DNA from: Mobula hypostoma
Lineage: Eukaryota
NCBI RefSeq assembly: GCF_963921235.1
Contig: NC_086097.1
Span: 150,166,001 to 150,230,000, forward strand
DNA length: 64,000 nt
Direction of reading: 5' to 3'
In this document: positions 12,359 through 24,720 of the stretch, in pieces
Numbering within the stretch: position 1 is the stretch's first letter
How the letters are laid out: every line of letters starts with the position of its first letter
Program-made: the position numbers and the translations under genes
The notes under the pieces: model-generated
Database searches by the model: none
What the model saw: the letters and a program-made list of their open reading frames with translations, nothing else
What the model was told of the DNA's origin: nothing

Positions 12359-13159
12359 ATTTGGTCACCTGCCTACAGGAAAGAACAGATTATGAGGACA
12401 CTCAGTCCTCGTTTATTGTCATTTAGAAATGCAAGCATCAAGAAATGATACAACGTTCATTCAGGATGTAAATAAGATTGAGAGGGTGTGGAGAAATTTT
12501 AAATGATGTTGCTGGGACTTGAGGACAAGAGTTATAGGTAAAGATTGAATAGGTTAGGATTTTATTCCCTAGAACGCAGGGAGTTCTGATAAAGGTATGG
12601 AAAATTGAGGGGTATAGAGGGCACATGCCTACAGGCTTGAGATTGGATGAGACTACAATTAGAGATCATTGGTTAAGAATGAAAGGTGAAATGTTTCAGG
12701 GGAACATGAGAGGGAACTTCTTCACTAAGGGTGGCGAGAGTGCCAGTGAATATGGGGTTGATTTCAATAGAGTATATATTTAGATAGCTAGGGTGCCTAA
12801 GATTTTACAGTACCATAGTAATTTTATTTATTCCACTTCATTGCTTTTGCAAAAAAAAACACCATTTCTTGACCTATGTGGGGGGTGATATACTTAATTC
12901 TGATGTGGGGCTACATGGACTGAGTTGGAAGGAAATGGGGAGAAGGGAATCATAGTTGGGGGGGGGGAGAAAAGGGAAAGGAGAAGCGAGGGACATTTGG
13001 TTATGTTTACGGATCCCGCAACCCTCCTGGGTCGAAGGGGCGCTGCACCAGCTGCCTCCATCTCATGGTTGTGGGTGAGTGCCTGGATTGCAGCAAAGTT
13101 CTCTCCAGCCCACTCTGCAATGTTGTCAGCCTCTTTCTCTGCCTCTTTTTCTTTTCCCC

Positions 13160-16100
13160 TGCACCATTCCCTGAGGAATGGTCTTTGAGAATCCCTATCT
13201 TAGTTTCCTATTCTTTACTGTGGACAGTAGATCTCTGTAGTGTCTCATGTGCTGGGTGATGGTTCCTTGTACTTTGAGGCATGGTCTGTATAGGAGGTGC
13301 CAAGGAGCCTTCTGAAGCACCTCATCTCTGCTGCCTGGATCTTTTGCAGTTCTGCTGCCAAACGTCCATGATTCGGATGTGTACAAGAAGATGGAGAGCG
13401 CAAGTGCATGCAGGAGTTTCAACTTGGATCTGGGCATGTGATTATCTCTCCAGATTAGTTTTAGTTTAGCCAGTGTTGCTGTTTGCACTGTCCTCAAGTC
13501 TTTAATCCTTCTTAGTTGATGATGGCGCCAAGATACTGATTGACAGTCTCTAGTTCTTGCCCACTAGCAGTGATTTTTAGAACCATAGAACATTACAGCA
13601 CAGAAACAGGCCTTTTGGCCCTTCTTGGCTGTGCCGAACCATTTTTCTGCCTAGCCCCATTGACCTGCACCTGGACCATATCCCTCCATACACCTCTCAT
13701 CCATGTACCTGTCCAAGTTTTTAAATGTTAAAAGTGAGCCCACATTGACCACTTCATCTGGCAGCTCATTCCACACTCCCACCACTCTGTGTGAAGAAGC
13801 ACCCCGCCCATGTTCCCTTTAAATTTTCCCCTTCACCCTTAACCTATGTCCTCTTTTTTTCCCTCCCCTAGCCTCAGTGGAAAAAGCCTGCTTGCATTCA
13901 CTCTATCTATACCCATCATAATTTTATATACCTCTATCAAATCTCCGCTCATTCTTCTATGCTCCAGGGAATAAAGTCCTAACCTATTCAACCTTTCTCT
14001 GTAACTGAGTTTCTCAAGTCCCGGCAACATCCTTGTAAACCTTCTCTTCACTCTTTCAACCTTATTAATATCCTTCCTGTAATTTGGTGACCAAAACTGT
14101 ACACCATACTCCCAAATTTGGCCTCACCAATACCTTATACAACCTCACCATAACATTCCAACTCTTATACTCAATACTTTGATTTATAAAGGCCAATGTA
14201 CCAAAAGCTCTTTTTATGACCCTATCTACCTGTGACGCCACCTTTAGGGAATTTTGTATCTGTATTCCCAGATCCCTCTGTTCTACTGCACTCCTCAGTG
14301 CCCTACCATTTACCTTGTATGTTCTACCTTGGTTTGTCTTTCCAAAGTGCAATACCTCACACTTGTCTGTGTTAAACTCCATCTGCCTTTTTTCAGCCCA
14401 TTTTTCCAGCTGGTCGAAATCCCTCTGCAAGCTTTGAAAACCTTCCTCACTGTTCACTACACCTCCAATCTTTGTATTATCAGCAAATTTGCTGATCCAA
14501 TTTACCACATTTTTGTGGTGATTGGCTCCTCACAGTTTCTCATTAGCTTGGTTTTCTCTGCGCTGGTCTCCATGCCATTATCTGGTAGATGTATCATCCA
14601 GGCAGTTCACAAGGCAGGCCAATTCATCATCACTTCCTGCTATTCCATCAATGTCATCGGTGAACCGGAGGTTGGAAGAAGTTGTATCTCCTAGTAGCCA
14701 CCCAGTTTAATTCCACTTCCTATTCCTGTTCTGATATGTCAATCCATGGCCTCCACTGCTGTCGTGAGGAGACCACACTTGGGGTTGGAGAATCAATACC
14801 TTGTATTCTGTCTGAATAGCCTCCAGCCTGATGGCATGAACATAGATTTCTTGAACTTCCAGTAATGTACCCCCCCCCCACCATTCACCATTCCCTTTTA
14901 TCTCCTTGCCTGTCCATCACCTCCCTCTGGTGCCCCCCCCCTCCACTTTTCTTTCTTCTGTGGCCTTCAGTGTTCCCTGTTCTCCAGCTCTGTATCTCTT
15001 TCACCTATCAACTTCCTAGCTCTTTACTTCATCCCTCCCCCTTCAGGTTTCACCTACACTTCGTGTCTCTCTGTGCTTCCCACTCCTCCACTCCTCCCAC
15101 CCCTCCCACCTTTTAAATCTACTCCATTTTTTTTCTCCTGGCCTACTGATTTCCTCCAGCATTTTGTCCGTGTCCTTTTTGGACTCCAGCTGATGTGTGG
15201 AACCACTCTCCAACTGTACAAGTACTGCATTGCTAGCTTTTGTGTAGAGCTGCTTGATAGTTTTGAATCTCTTCATTTTGGCCTGGAGGCCACACCCTAT
15301 CGAATGCTGCATTGAAGTCTATGAACACCTGGAAGATGTCCTGTTGTTGGTTGTATCTCTTGCACAGTACTTGGAGGCTGAATATCTGTTCTGTTGTACA
15401 TCTTCCACTTCTGAATCCAGCCTGCTCTTCAGCAATTATTTCTTCTGCTTGTGGTTTTGGTCTATTCAAGATGGCCTTTAACATCACTTTGCTTACATGG
15501 CTGATAAGACTTGTGGTTCTATAATTCTGGCACTGCTGTAAGTCGCCTTTCTTGGGGGGAGTGATGAGTGGTTTTTATCCAGGGTGTTGGCCATTCCCCA
15601 GTCTGCCAGATTTTGTTGCAGATTTTGGTGGGGATGTCTCTCACTACCTCCATGTTTTATTAGCTCAGCCAGAATGTTGTCTATTCCTGCAGCTTTCCCA
15701 TTCTTCAGCAATCTTGTGGCTACTTCTACTTTTTCATGCAGAATTGGACGAGTCCTGGCTTGCGAGTACACTGTGGTCTCCTTGATGGTTGTAAAGTTCT
15801 GAACAACACTCAGTCCAGCTGTTGAGAATGTCTTCATCTTCTGTGAGGCAGTTTCCTCCTTTGCCTTGAATGGTCTCTGCTTAGTGAGATCCTTCACGAT
15901 TCGAAAAGCTGTAAATTATTATACAATCTGAAGGACTCCTCCATTGCCAAATCCTTCGAAGCTCTAGCTGCTGGAAAATTTGCACCACTGCTGATGCTTG
16001 TCAAAGATGCTGAAACGTTGACAGCTAAGTTCAATTAAGTGATGGCAGAAACAGCCAATGAGATTCTTGGGGAAGCACCACGGGAAAACTCAATCCTGGG

Positions 16101-16200
16101 TAACACGAGATCCTGGAAATGTGTGACATTAGAGACCTGAAGAAAACTAAGAACACAACAGCAGGAACTGTAACATACAGAAAGATCAGGGCCAAGGAAG
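13160..16200 (-). mobile_element. Fragmented RTE-clade LINE with nested CR1 and PLE pieces
   Basis: LKNGKAAGIDNILAELIK, IAEEQAGFRSGRCTTEQIF..VFIDF..AFDRVW, KLKLLHALALSIFLYTSESWT. Confidence 0.85.
13581..14495 (-). mobile_element. CR1 LINE 3' fragment nested in the RTE element
   Basis: SKFADNTKIGGVV..QRDFDQLEKWAEKRQMEFN..CEVLHFG; (TTCTA) tail near 13581. Confidence 0.9.
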
Positions 16201-16396
16201 AATGGATTGAGAGAGAGCCTGAATAAGAACAGCTGGTGAGACATTCTGTAATGATTGATAAACCAATTGTTTGGAATCAGTCGACCTTGACCCCCCCCCC
16301 CCCGATCCCTGGCACTCTTCTGCCTCCTGCCCCACACCCCTCCTGCGGTGCTCCACGTTGATAAATACAGTTCCGTGCAAAAGTCTTGAGCACCCT

Positions 16397-17104
16397 AGCT
16401 CTGATTTATACTTGTGCATACTAGCTTTTGCCACAGCCTACGCCAGTGACCTACGCTGTTGTGAGCATTTATACTTGCGCTTTGGTGTGTCTGCGTCGCT
16501 CTGCAATTCACCGCCAAAACATTAGTTGGTGGTGGGGTTTCTATGTCACTGAGTTTCGACACCAAGAAACTCAAACTTCAAGCAATGGTGACTGAAACTG
16601 AAGGAGGGTGAATTTTCTGTGTTTGTTTGGCCACTGAGAGACATGGACGAGGAAATGCATCTCAAATATTTTCAGATGTCTGCAGGTAGATTTGACGATT
16701 TGGTTCATCGTCTCCAACCATTTATTTCGCATCTGTGTACGCACAGTATACTCGGAGACTGGCAATCACCATTCGAGTTTTAGCTTCAGGTGGAAGTCAA
16801 CAGGCTGTAGCAGCTAGCTACAAACTGGCATCAAGCACAGGGTCCTCCATAATTTCGGAGGTCTGTAAAGCTTTATGGAGAGCACTGCAGCCAGAGTTCC
16901 TTCCCTGCCCTTCAGTCGCCCAATGGGAAGCTATTGAAGCATAGGAGGAAATGCGATGTTACCAAGCGGACCAGTCACAGTTGTTGCGGTCTGCGTTGCC
17001 ACAATGTGCAGTTACATTTTTGGGGAGGTGCGTGTCAGGCTACGGTGTAGGGTACGCAGCTATGCCGTACCTACGGCATCGATTTGACAAGTATAAATTG
17101 GCCT
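16397..17104 (+). mobile_element. Internally deleted PIF/Harbinger transposon (transposase fragment), inside a small Tc1-like MITE (~16367-17125)
   Basis: [20 protein letters not shown] and [34 protein letters not shown] (HARBI1/ALP1-like). Ends ATTTATACTTGT / ACAAGTATAAAT. Outer ends resemble CAGT..GTGCAAAAGTCTT / AAGACTTGCACAG. Confidence 0.8.
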
Positions 17105-17261
17105 TAAGACTTGCACAGTCCTGTACAGTTTGGGAAAAGAAATATATACCCTCGTTATACCCACCCTACCTCAAGTCATGTGCATAAATGACTTGACTCT
17201 CCCCTCCTACCCCTCCTCACAGTCCCCCACCTTGTTCTCATGACTATATGCCTTCCATAGC

Positions 17262-20063
17262 GATAGCCATACTTTATTGATCCCGGGGGCAAACTGGTTT
17301 TCGTTACTATTTATTATTTATGGTGAAACTGTAATAGAACCATAGATAGTTAAATAGTAGTATGTAAATTATGCCAGTAAATTATGAAATAAGTCCAGGA
17401 CCAGCCTATTGGCTCAGGCTGTTTGACCCTCCAAGGGAGGAGTTGTAAAGTTTGATGGCCACAGGCAGGAATGACTTCCTATGACGCTCTGTGTTGCATC
17501 TCGGTGGAATGAGTCTCTGGCTGAATGTACTCCTGTGCCCACCCAGTACATTATGTAGTGGATGGGAGACATTGTCCAAGATGGCATGCAACTTGGACAG
17601 CATCCTCTTTTCAGACACCATCAGAGAGTCCAGTTCCATCCCCACAACATCACTGGCCTTACGAATGAGTTTGTTGATTCTGTTGGTGTCTGCTACCCTC
17701 AGCCTGCTGCCCCAGCACGCAACAGCAAACATGATAGCACTGGCCACCACAGACTCGTAGAACATCCTCAGCATCATCCAGCAGATGTTAAAGGACCTCA
17801 GTCTCCTCAGGAAATAGAGATGGCTCTGACCCTTGTAGACAGCCTCAGTGTTCTTTGACCAGTCCAGTTTATTGTCAATTCGTATCCCCAGGTATTTGTA
17901 ATCCTCCACCATGTCCACACTGACACCCAGGGGTCACTGGTACCTTAGCTCTCCTCAGGTCTACCACCAGCTCCTTATTCTTTTTCACATTAAGCTGCAG
18001 ATAATTCTGCTCACACCATGTGACAAGTTTCCTACCGTAGCCCTGTACTCAACCTCATCTCCCTTGCTGATGCATCCAACTATGGCAGAGTCATCAGAAA
18101 ACTTCTGAAGATGGTAAGACTCTGTGCAGTAGTTGAAGTCCGAGGTGTAAATGGTGAAGAGAAAGGGAGACAAGACAGTCCCCTGTGGAGCCCCAGTGCT
18201 GCTGATCACTCTGTCGGACACACAGTGTTGCAAGCACACGTACTGTGGTCTGCCAGTCAGGTAATCAAGAATCCATGACACCAGGAGAGCATCCATCTGC
18301 ATCGCTGTCAGCTTCTCCCCCAGCAGAGCAGGGCGGATGGTGTTGAACGCACTGGAGAAGTCAAAAAAACATGACCCTCACAGTGCTCGCTGGCTTGTCC
18401 ATGTGGGCGTAGACACGGTTCAGCAGGTAGATGATGGCATTCTCAACTCCTAGTCGGGGCTGGTAGGCGAACTGGAGGGGATCCAAGTGTGGCCTGACCA
18501 TAGGCCGGAGCAGCTCCAGAACAAGTCTCTCACACACGAAACCACCACGGTGGGCTTCACAGCTGAACAAGTGAGAAGACAGTTGAAACATCTCAACCCA
18601 AGCAAGGCTGCAGGCCTGGATGGTTTCAGTACCAGGGTGCTCAAAGCCTGTGCCCCTCAGCTATGTGGAGTACTTCGACATGTCTTCAACCTGAGCCTGA
18701 GTCTCCAGAGGGTTTCTGTGCTGTGAAAGACGTCCTGCCTCGTCCCTGTGCCGAAGACGCCGGGCCCCAGTGGCCTCAATGACTACAGACCAGTGGCATT
18801 GACCTCCCACATCATGAAGACCCTGGAGGTACTCGTTCTGGAGCTACTCCAGCCTATGGTTAGGCCACACTTAGATCCCCTCCAGTAGGCCTACCAGCCC
18901 CGACTAGGAGTTGAGGATGCCATCGTCTACCTGCTGAACCGTGTCTACGCCCACCTGGACAAGCCAGCAAGAACTGTGAGGGTCATGTTTTTTGACTTCT
19001 CCAGTGCGTTCAACACCATCCACCCTGCTCTGCTGGGGGAGAAGCTGACAGCGATGCAGGTGGATGCTTCCCTGGTGTCATGCATTCTTGATTACTTGAC
19101 TGGCAGACCACAGTACGTGTGCTGGCAACACCGTGTGTCCGACAGAGTGATCAGCAGCACAGGGGACTGTCTTGTCTCCCATTCTATTCACCATTTATAC
19201 CTCTGACTTCAACTACTGCACAGTCTTGTCATCTTCAGAAGTTTTCTGATGACTCTGCCATAGTTGGATGCATCAGCAAGGGAGATGAGGCTGAGTACAG
19301 GGCTACAGTAGGAAACTTTGTCACATGGTGTGAGCAGAATTATCTGCAGCTTAATGTGAAAAAGAATAAGGAGCTAGTGATGGACCTGAGGAGGGCTAAG
19401 GCACCGGTGACCCCTGTTTCCATTCAGGGAGTCAGTGTGGACATGGTGGAGGATTACAAATACCTGGGGATACGAACTGACAATAAACTGGACTGGTCAA
19501 AGAACACAGGCTGTCTACAAGAAGAGTCAGAGCCGTCTCTATTTCCTGAGGAGACTGAGGTCCTTTAATATCTGTCGGATGATGCTGAGGATGTTCCACG
19601 AGTCTGTGGTGGCCAGTGCTATCATGTTTGCTCTTGTGTGCTGGGGCAGCATGCTGAGGGTAGCAGACACCAACAGAATCAACAAACTCATTTGTTAGGC
19701 CAGTGATGTTGTGGGGATGGAACTGGACTCTCTGACAGTGGTGTCTGAAAAGAGGATGCTGTCCAAGTTGCATGCCATCTTGGACAATGTCTCCCATCCA
19801 CTATATAATAGATACAGGAGTACATTCAGCCAGAGACTCATTCCACCGAGATGCAACACTGAGCGACATAGGAAGTCATTCCTGCCTGTTGCCATCAAAC
19901 TTTACAACTCCTCCCTTGGAGAGTCAAACACCCTGAGCCAATAGGCTGGTCCTGGACTTATTTCCTGGCATAATTTACATATTATTTATGGTTTTATCAC
20001 TATTTATTTATGGTGCAACTGTAACGAAAACCAATTTCCCTCGGGATCAATAAAGTATGACTA
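17262..20063. mobile_element. Rex1/Babar LINE 3' halves in tail-out inverted arrangement
   Basis: RT motifs DPLQFAYQ, MFFDFSSAFNT, GAPQGTVLSPFLF, QKFSDD on both strands. Arms ~17271-18527 (-) and ~18830-20056 (+), each ending in the same 3' tail. Confidence 0.9.
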
Positions 20064-20849
20064 AGAAATAAGCTTTTATAAAGGAATTTATTATTGCGGT
20101 AGAAATTGTGATGGCAGGTGACTAGTGTACAGATGAAGAACATATAACTTGCCTTTCCGTTGCACTACATGTGACTCTTAAAAACCACATAATTTAAAAC
20201 TTAAGAGGAATTATTTGCCTCTCAGTGCAGATATTAACCTTTAGAAATGGTCATTATTAAAACCCGACCACTTTACTCTGGTAATGCATAAACTGTGGAA
20301 CTCAGCAAGTTAGGCAGTATCTATAGAGGGGAATAAATAGTTAAGCATTTTGTGTGTATTGTTCAAGTGTTCTGCAGAATTGATTGTGTTTACACCCTAC
20401 TCTGGCAAAGTGCCCTGATGAATTCCAAACCTGGAGGCAAGAGTTCAACTGGCTGGCAGCTGAAAGACAATGTTAAGATTGCCTCTGGTGAAATTTACTA
20501 ATGGGATATGTGTAGAAGAATTTCTTGAAGAGGTTTTATGGAGAGATTAGTCAAAGTTCATGGGGAAGATGTAGAAGACAACCCGAATGTATTGTAGATG
20601 TTTTTTTTGATAAAGATTGAGTTGCTTGTTGATCATAAATAGCTACAAAAGGCTATAGATTTGCTCCCTTCTGTTATATGGTCTCTGGAGCTTTTGAGCT
20701 TTATTCGGATCCCGGTCATGGTAAACACAAGATAGAGATGGAAAACTGAGATGCCTGGTGTTCTTCCTAGTAGTACTAAACCTTTGCCTACAGTGAATAT
20801 ACTGAGGCTTTATTTCATTTGGGGTTTCGAGGAGATTTAGTTTACCAAA

Positions 20850-21230
20850 GAAGCTTGCAAACTTCTACAGGTGTACTGTGGAGAGCATTCTAACAGGCTA
20901 CATCACCATCTGGTATGGTGGGGCTACTGCACAGGATCGAAATAGGTTGAAGAGAGTTGTGCATTTAGTCAGCTTCATCATGAGCTCTATCCTTCGTGGT
21001 ATCCAGGGCATCTTCCAGGAATGGATGCTTCAAAAATGTGGTGTCCTTCATTAAGGAGCCCAATACCCAGGTTATGCCTTGTTCTCATTCCTACCATCAG
21101 GATGGAAGTACAGAAACCTGAAGGCACCCACTCAACAATCTGGCAATGGCTTCTTCCCCTCTGCCATCTGATTTCTGAATGGACATTGAACCCATGAACA
21201 CTACCTCATACTTATTTATTTTTGCACTCA
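20850..21230 (+). mobile_element. Rex1-type LINE 3' fragment
   Basis: NFYRCTVESILTGYITIWYG..LLPSG..FFPSAI C-terminus. Confidence 0.75.
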
Positions 21231-22283
21231 TTTGATACTTCACTTTTATTTATACAGATAGATGATATGAGCTTGATATAATGACTTGCTTTAGCCAGAT
21301 AAGTGGTATGGCATAGGTTGCTTCTTGCTTACCTTTGTGAAATTTTTCCCAAATGAGATGCTTCAAAAGTCATGTGCACACCAGAAAACATTTTTTTTTG
21401 TGATAGGAGATTACAAGTTCCTGTGGCGTGATGAATGATTTGGAATAAATGGCCTCACTTGTTTGTACTTTGGAGATGTAAAGGAATTTTTGCTAGGAGA
21501 GGAGCTTTGAAAATCCCTCAGTATTCACTCCAGGAGGGAGTAATGTTATTCATTGGGAACTAGCTGAGACTAATTAAGAGTGATGGATTACCATCTTGGT
21601 GACAATTCTCTGACAACAGCAGCAACTGTTAAGGGATGAAAAGGAAAGCAACAGTTGGCATTTTATCAAACTGTCAGTCATACTGATTTCCTTTCTGTTG
21701 TGCAGATTCATCACTGAACTTTCCAATCCAATGGAAGAAGGATCTAAAACATGAAACCAAGTGAAAATGCAGGAAAAATTCAATTCGGACAGTATCTCTA
21801 AAAGGAAATGGGAATAACATTTCAGAACTGATTATGTGCTAAGAATTAGTGGAACTCGTTTCCATCGCAGCTATTCAGCCTGGTTCACCAATTGATTATA
21901 ATGTCTGATATTAACCTAGGTTTTATATTCTTGTCCAACAGTGAAATTTCAACTGTTCAAGTTAATCAATCTATGTTGGTCTTGATATATTTAAAAAATC
22001 TATCGAAAGACTTGCTAGAGAGAATTTAACCTCGAGTGTATGAATCTGAGCATTTTAATTAATGATCCCCTATGTTTAAATTCACTAAAAGGAGACATCT
22101 CTATTTTGAAATCCTTCAAAAGGAGATCCACTTGATGGAGACTCCTGAGGATCTTGTCATCAACCTAACTTTTTAGCCTGTCACAAATGTTTCCTCATTC
22201 TTGCTCTTAAGATCTTGCTCTTATCTTGTTGTTTTTCAACAGTGCACATTGTACATGTACTAACTGGTAGTCTGGGGTCATAA

Positions 22284-22593
22284 AAGGCATCTGTTAGTCA
22301 GTCTTGCGAGACCATGGATCTGCGCCTGGAAAGTCTTCACTCTCCAGGGCACAGGCCTGGGCAAGGTTATATGGAAGTCCAGCAGTTGCCCATACTGCAA
22401 GTCTCCCTTCTCCACGACACCAATGTTGTCCAAGGGAAGGGCACTAGGACCCATACAGCTTGGCACCAGTGCCGTCGCAGAGCAATGTATGATTAAGTGC
22501 CTTGCTCAAGGACACAACACGTTGCCTCGGCTGGGGCTTGAACTCACGACCTTCAGGTCGCTAGTCCAATGCCTTAACCACTTGGCCACATGC
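22284..22593 (-). mobile_element. tRNA-derived SINE
   Basis: Minus strand: TGGCCAAGTGG (A box), GAGTTCAAGCC (B box), then GTGTCCTTGAGCAAGGCACTTAA (CORE-like). Confidence 0.8.
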
Positions 22594-23378
22594 TCTCAAT
22601 GTCTGGCGTCAAATAATCCATAAATCACTGGCGTGTTAACTGATTTTGTATTATAGAAATACCTTGATTCTAGCAAAGGATGTAAGGGTCTGAAATACTG
22701 TTTCTCTCTCCACGTTTGCTACTTGGGCTGCTGTATTTCTGACATCTTCCATTTTCATTTTAGATTTCTTGTATCTACAGTTTTGAGTGTTATTCACTGG
22801 TTTTCTGGAGGGTGTAGAGGCATTGCAATAGGCTTCAATATCTGGGTTCAAAAATGGGGGCCGTCAGCTGATGGCAATTTAGTCAAGATTCTTCGATAAG
22901 CTAATCATTCTTTAATGATTAGCCCTGATGAAGGGTCTTGGCCTGAAACTTCAACTGTTTACTCTTTTCCATAGATGCTGCCTGGTTGCTGCATCCAGCA
23001 TTGTGTGTTGCTTGGATTTCCAGTATCTGCTAATTTTCTTGTTTGTGATTTCTTAATGCTGTTTAAGTGTGCATAGATAAATATTGCATAAAATTCGAAT
23101 GAAGCTTGTCTGTGGAGCCTTAACTGTAAGCCTATATACAATTTCCTGACAGAATGAATGACTGGCTATTAAGAAAGAAAAGCTGGAGGTTATGGGCTGT
23201 GCAGGAGGGTTGGGTGAGATTGATCATGGAGTAATTTTATAAAGGTCAGCAGAGTGTTGTAGGCTGAAGGACCTGTATTGTGTTGTACTCTATGAATTAT
23301 TTGATTGCTAATGCTATACTTGAAATTTGTGCTCTTGGTCAGTGATTTTTTAGAATATTATTTTGTTTTTTGTTTTAG

Positions 23379-24434
23379 GTTTTGAATGATCCTAAAAGGC
23401 CACAAGGAAAAGGAAACTACTGGACAGTTGATGTTACTCGCATCCCACCTGAAGCATTAAAAAGGCAAAACACCTCTGTCTCGAGGCAGGATGGGAATAG
23501 CTTTGCAGCTAATTCTACTGCATATATCCAGGGTGGGATTTTGGGTCTTGCATCTTCTGAAGAAAGCAGCAAATTGGAACAAGTGTTGGAAGCTGCTGGC
23601 CCTTCAACTGCATTTCCACGACATGGTGACAGCAGGCTAGAGAATTCCTTCTCCATTGAAACATTGTGGAACAGTTTGGAAGCTTCTGCGTCTGAAAAGG
23701 ACAAGAGCTACTCTGGGCCCTCTGGATACTGCACAGAAAAGTCCTCAAATGAAGATCCTACCCAACAGAGATTGGAATTGAACTCCTGGCATCGTCAACC
23801 AGTCACGTCTGAGAATGCTCAGTGCTCCTCATCACTCTCTTCCTCACCAAGGGCTAATCATGGTGTTCAGTTTCACTCACCCTTAAGCACTTCGACTTCC
23901 AGTCCTTCCTCCATTGAGGATGACTCCAATATTTCCCAACAAGAATCCCCAAGTAGACCAGAGTCAAAGCGCCCAAGATTATCTGTGGAGTATGGCATAT
24001 CCGCTCCTGTTTCCATCTGGGACAATCATTGCTCCAGCTATCCAGAGCCAGCGCTTTCAGTAAGGCCCTACATGCACTGGGAGTTACCAACTTCCTACAC
24101 TAAATATACCCCTCCAAATGTAACACTGCCACCCACCATGAGCTTGCCGTATTCCACATTCTTCCCGTACAATAATCCATCAGGCTTGTTGCTGTATCCA
24201 TACAGGCCAACCCAATTCTTAAGCAGGCCGAACTGGCCTTTTCACCCTGATCCATGTTCTGTGCCATCGTTGCGACCATCACCTGTGCTGGATTTGGACA
24301 GAATGTTTCAAGTTGTCCCACCAAATAAAAGTGTCTTTGATGTCATGTTCTGCCCTGCTGGTGCTATTGGCTCTGCAGTGCCACCTGGTGCCACCAGTCT
24401 AATGAGAGCTCGATACATGCCATTTGATTACTGA
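23379..24434 (+). CDS. foxh1: Forkhead box protein H1 (FAST1), terminal coding exon
   Basis: Acceptor TTTTTGTTTTAG|GTT (phase 0). [38 protein letters not shown] is the FoxH1 forkhead C-terminus. Also FSIETLW (EH1-like), [13 protein letters not shown] (FM) and [17 protein letters not shown] (SIM). Uninterrupted frame to TGA at 24432-24434. Confidence 0.97.
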   Translation, partial: VLNDPKRPQGKGNYWTVDVTRIPPEALKRQNTSVSRQDGNSFAANSTAYIQGGILGLASSEESSKLEQVLEAAGPSTAFPRHGDSRLENSFSIETLWNSLEASASEKDKSYSGPSGYCTEKSSNEDPTQQRLELNSWHRQPVTSENAQCSSSLSSSPRANHGVQFHSPLSTSTSSPSSIEDDSNISQQESPSRPESKRPRLSVEYGISAPVSIWDNHCSSYPEPALSVRPYMHWELPTSYTKYTPPNVTLPPTMSLPYSTFFPYNNPSGLLLYPYRPTQFLSRPNWPFHPDPCSVPSLRPSPVLDLDRMFQVVPPNKSVFDVMFCPAGAIGSAVPPGATSLMRARYMPFDY

Positions 24435-24720
24435 GAACCTTGTCTGTATTGAGGGCAAGTTGTATGGAAACTTTTATATTTAAAAAAAAAATCAAGTTTT
24501 AAGTGTTTTTATGAAATTCTTGCACATATGGAGCATTGACTCTAATGTTGCTGTTAAAACTTTTAAAATAAAATTATGTGAATTCTTGGAAAATTACTGG
24601 AAATCTTTTGGAATTGGAGATTAGGAATGCAAGTTGTAAGATTTTTATGTCCTCCAACTCTGTCAGAAAGCTGCCATTGTATAGGCACGTTGAATAAAAT
24701 GTTTGCATTTACTTGTACCC
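24435..24720 (+). promoter_or_regulatory. foxh1 3' UTR with two AATAAA signals and CPE-like elements
   Basis: AATAAA at 24567-24572 and 24693-24698; TTTT(T)AT at 24472, 24506 and 24642. Confidence 0.65.

Noticed and set aside
16571..16944. Domesticated harbi1 gene
   Set aside because: Short frameshifted fragment lacking the DDE core and still bounded by TIR-like ends.
20353..20360. FoxH1-binding motif TGTGTATT (autoregulation)
   Set aside because: An isolated 8-mer in a PLE-like remnant is expected by chance.
21690..21790. Acceptor-like TTTCTGTTGTGCAG as foxh1 exon 2 (also near 20230)
   Set aside because: Frames stop early and show no forkhead similarity.
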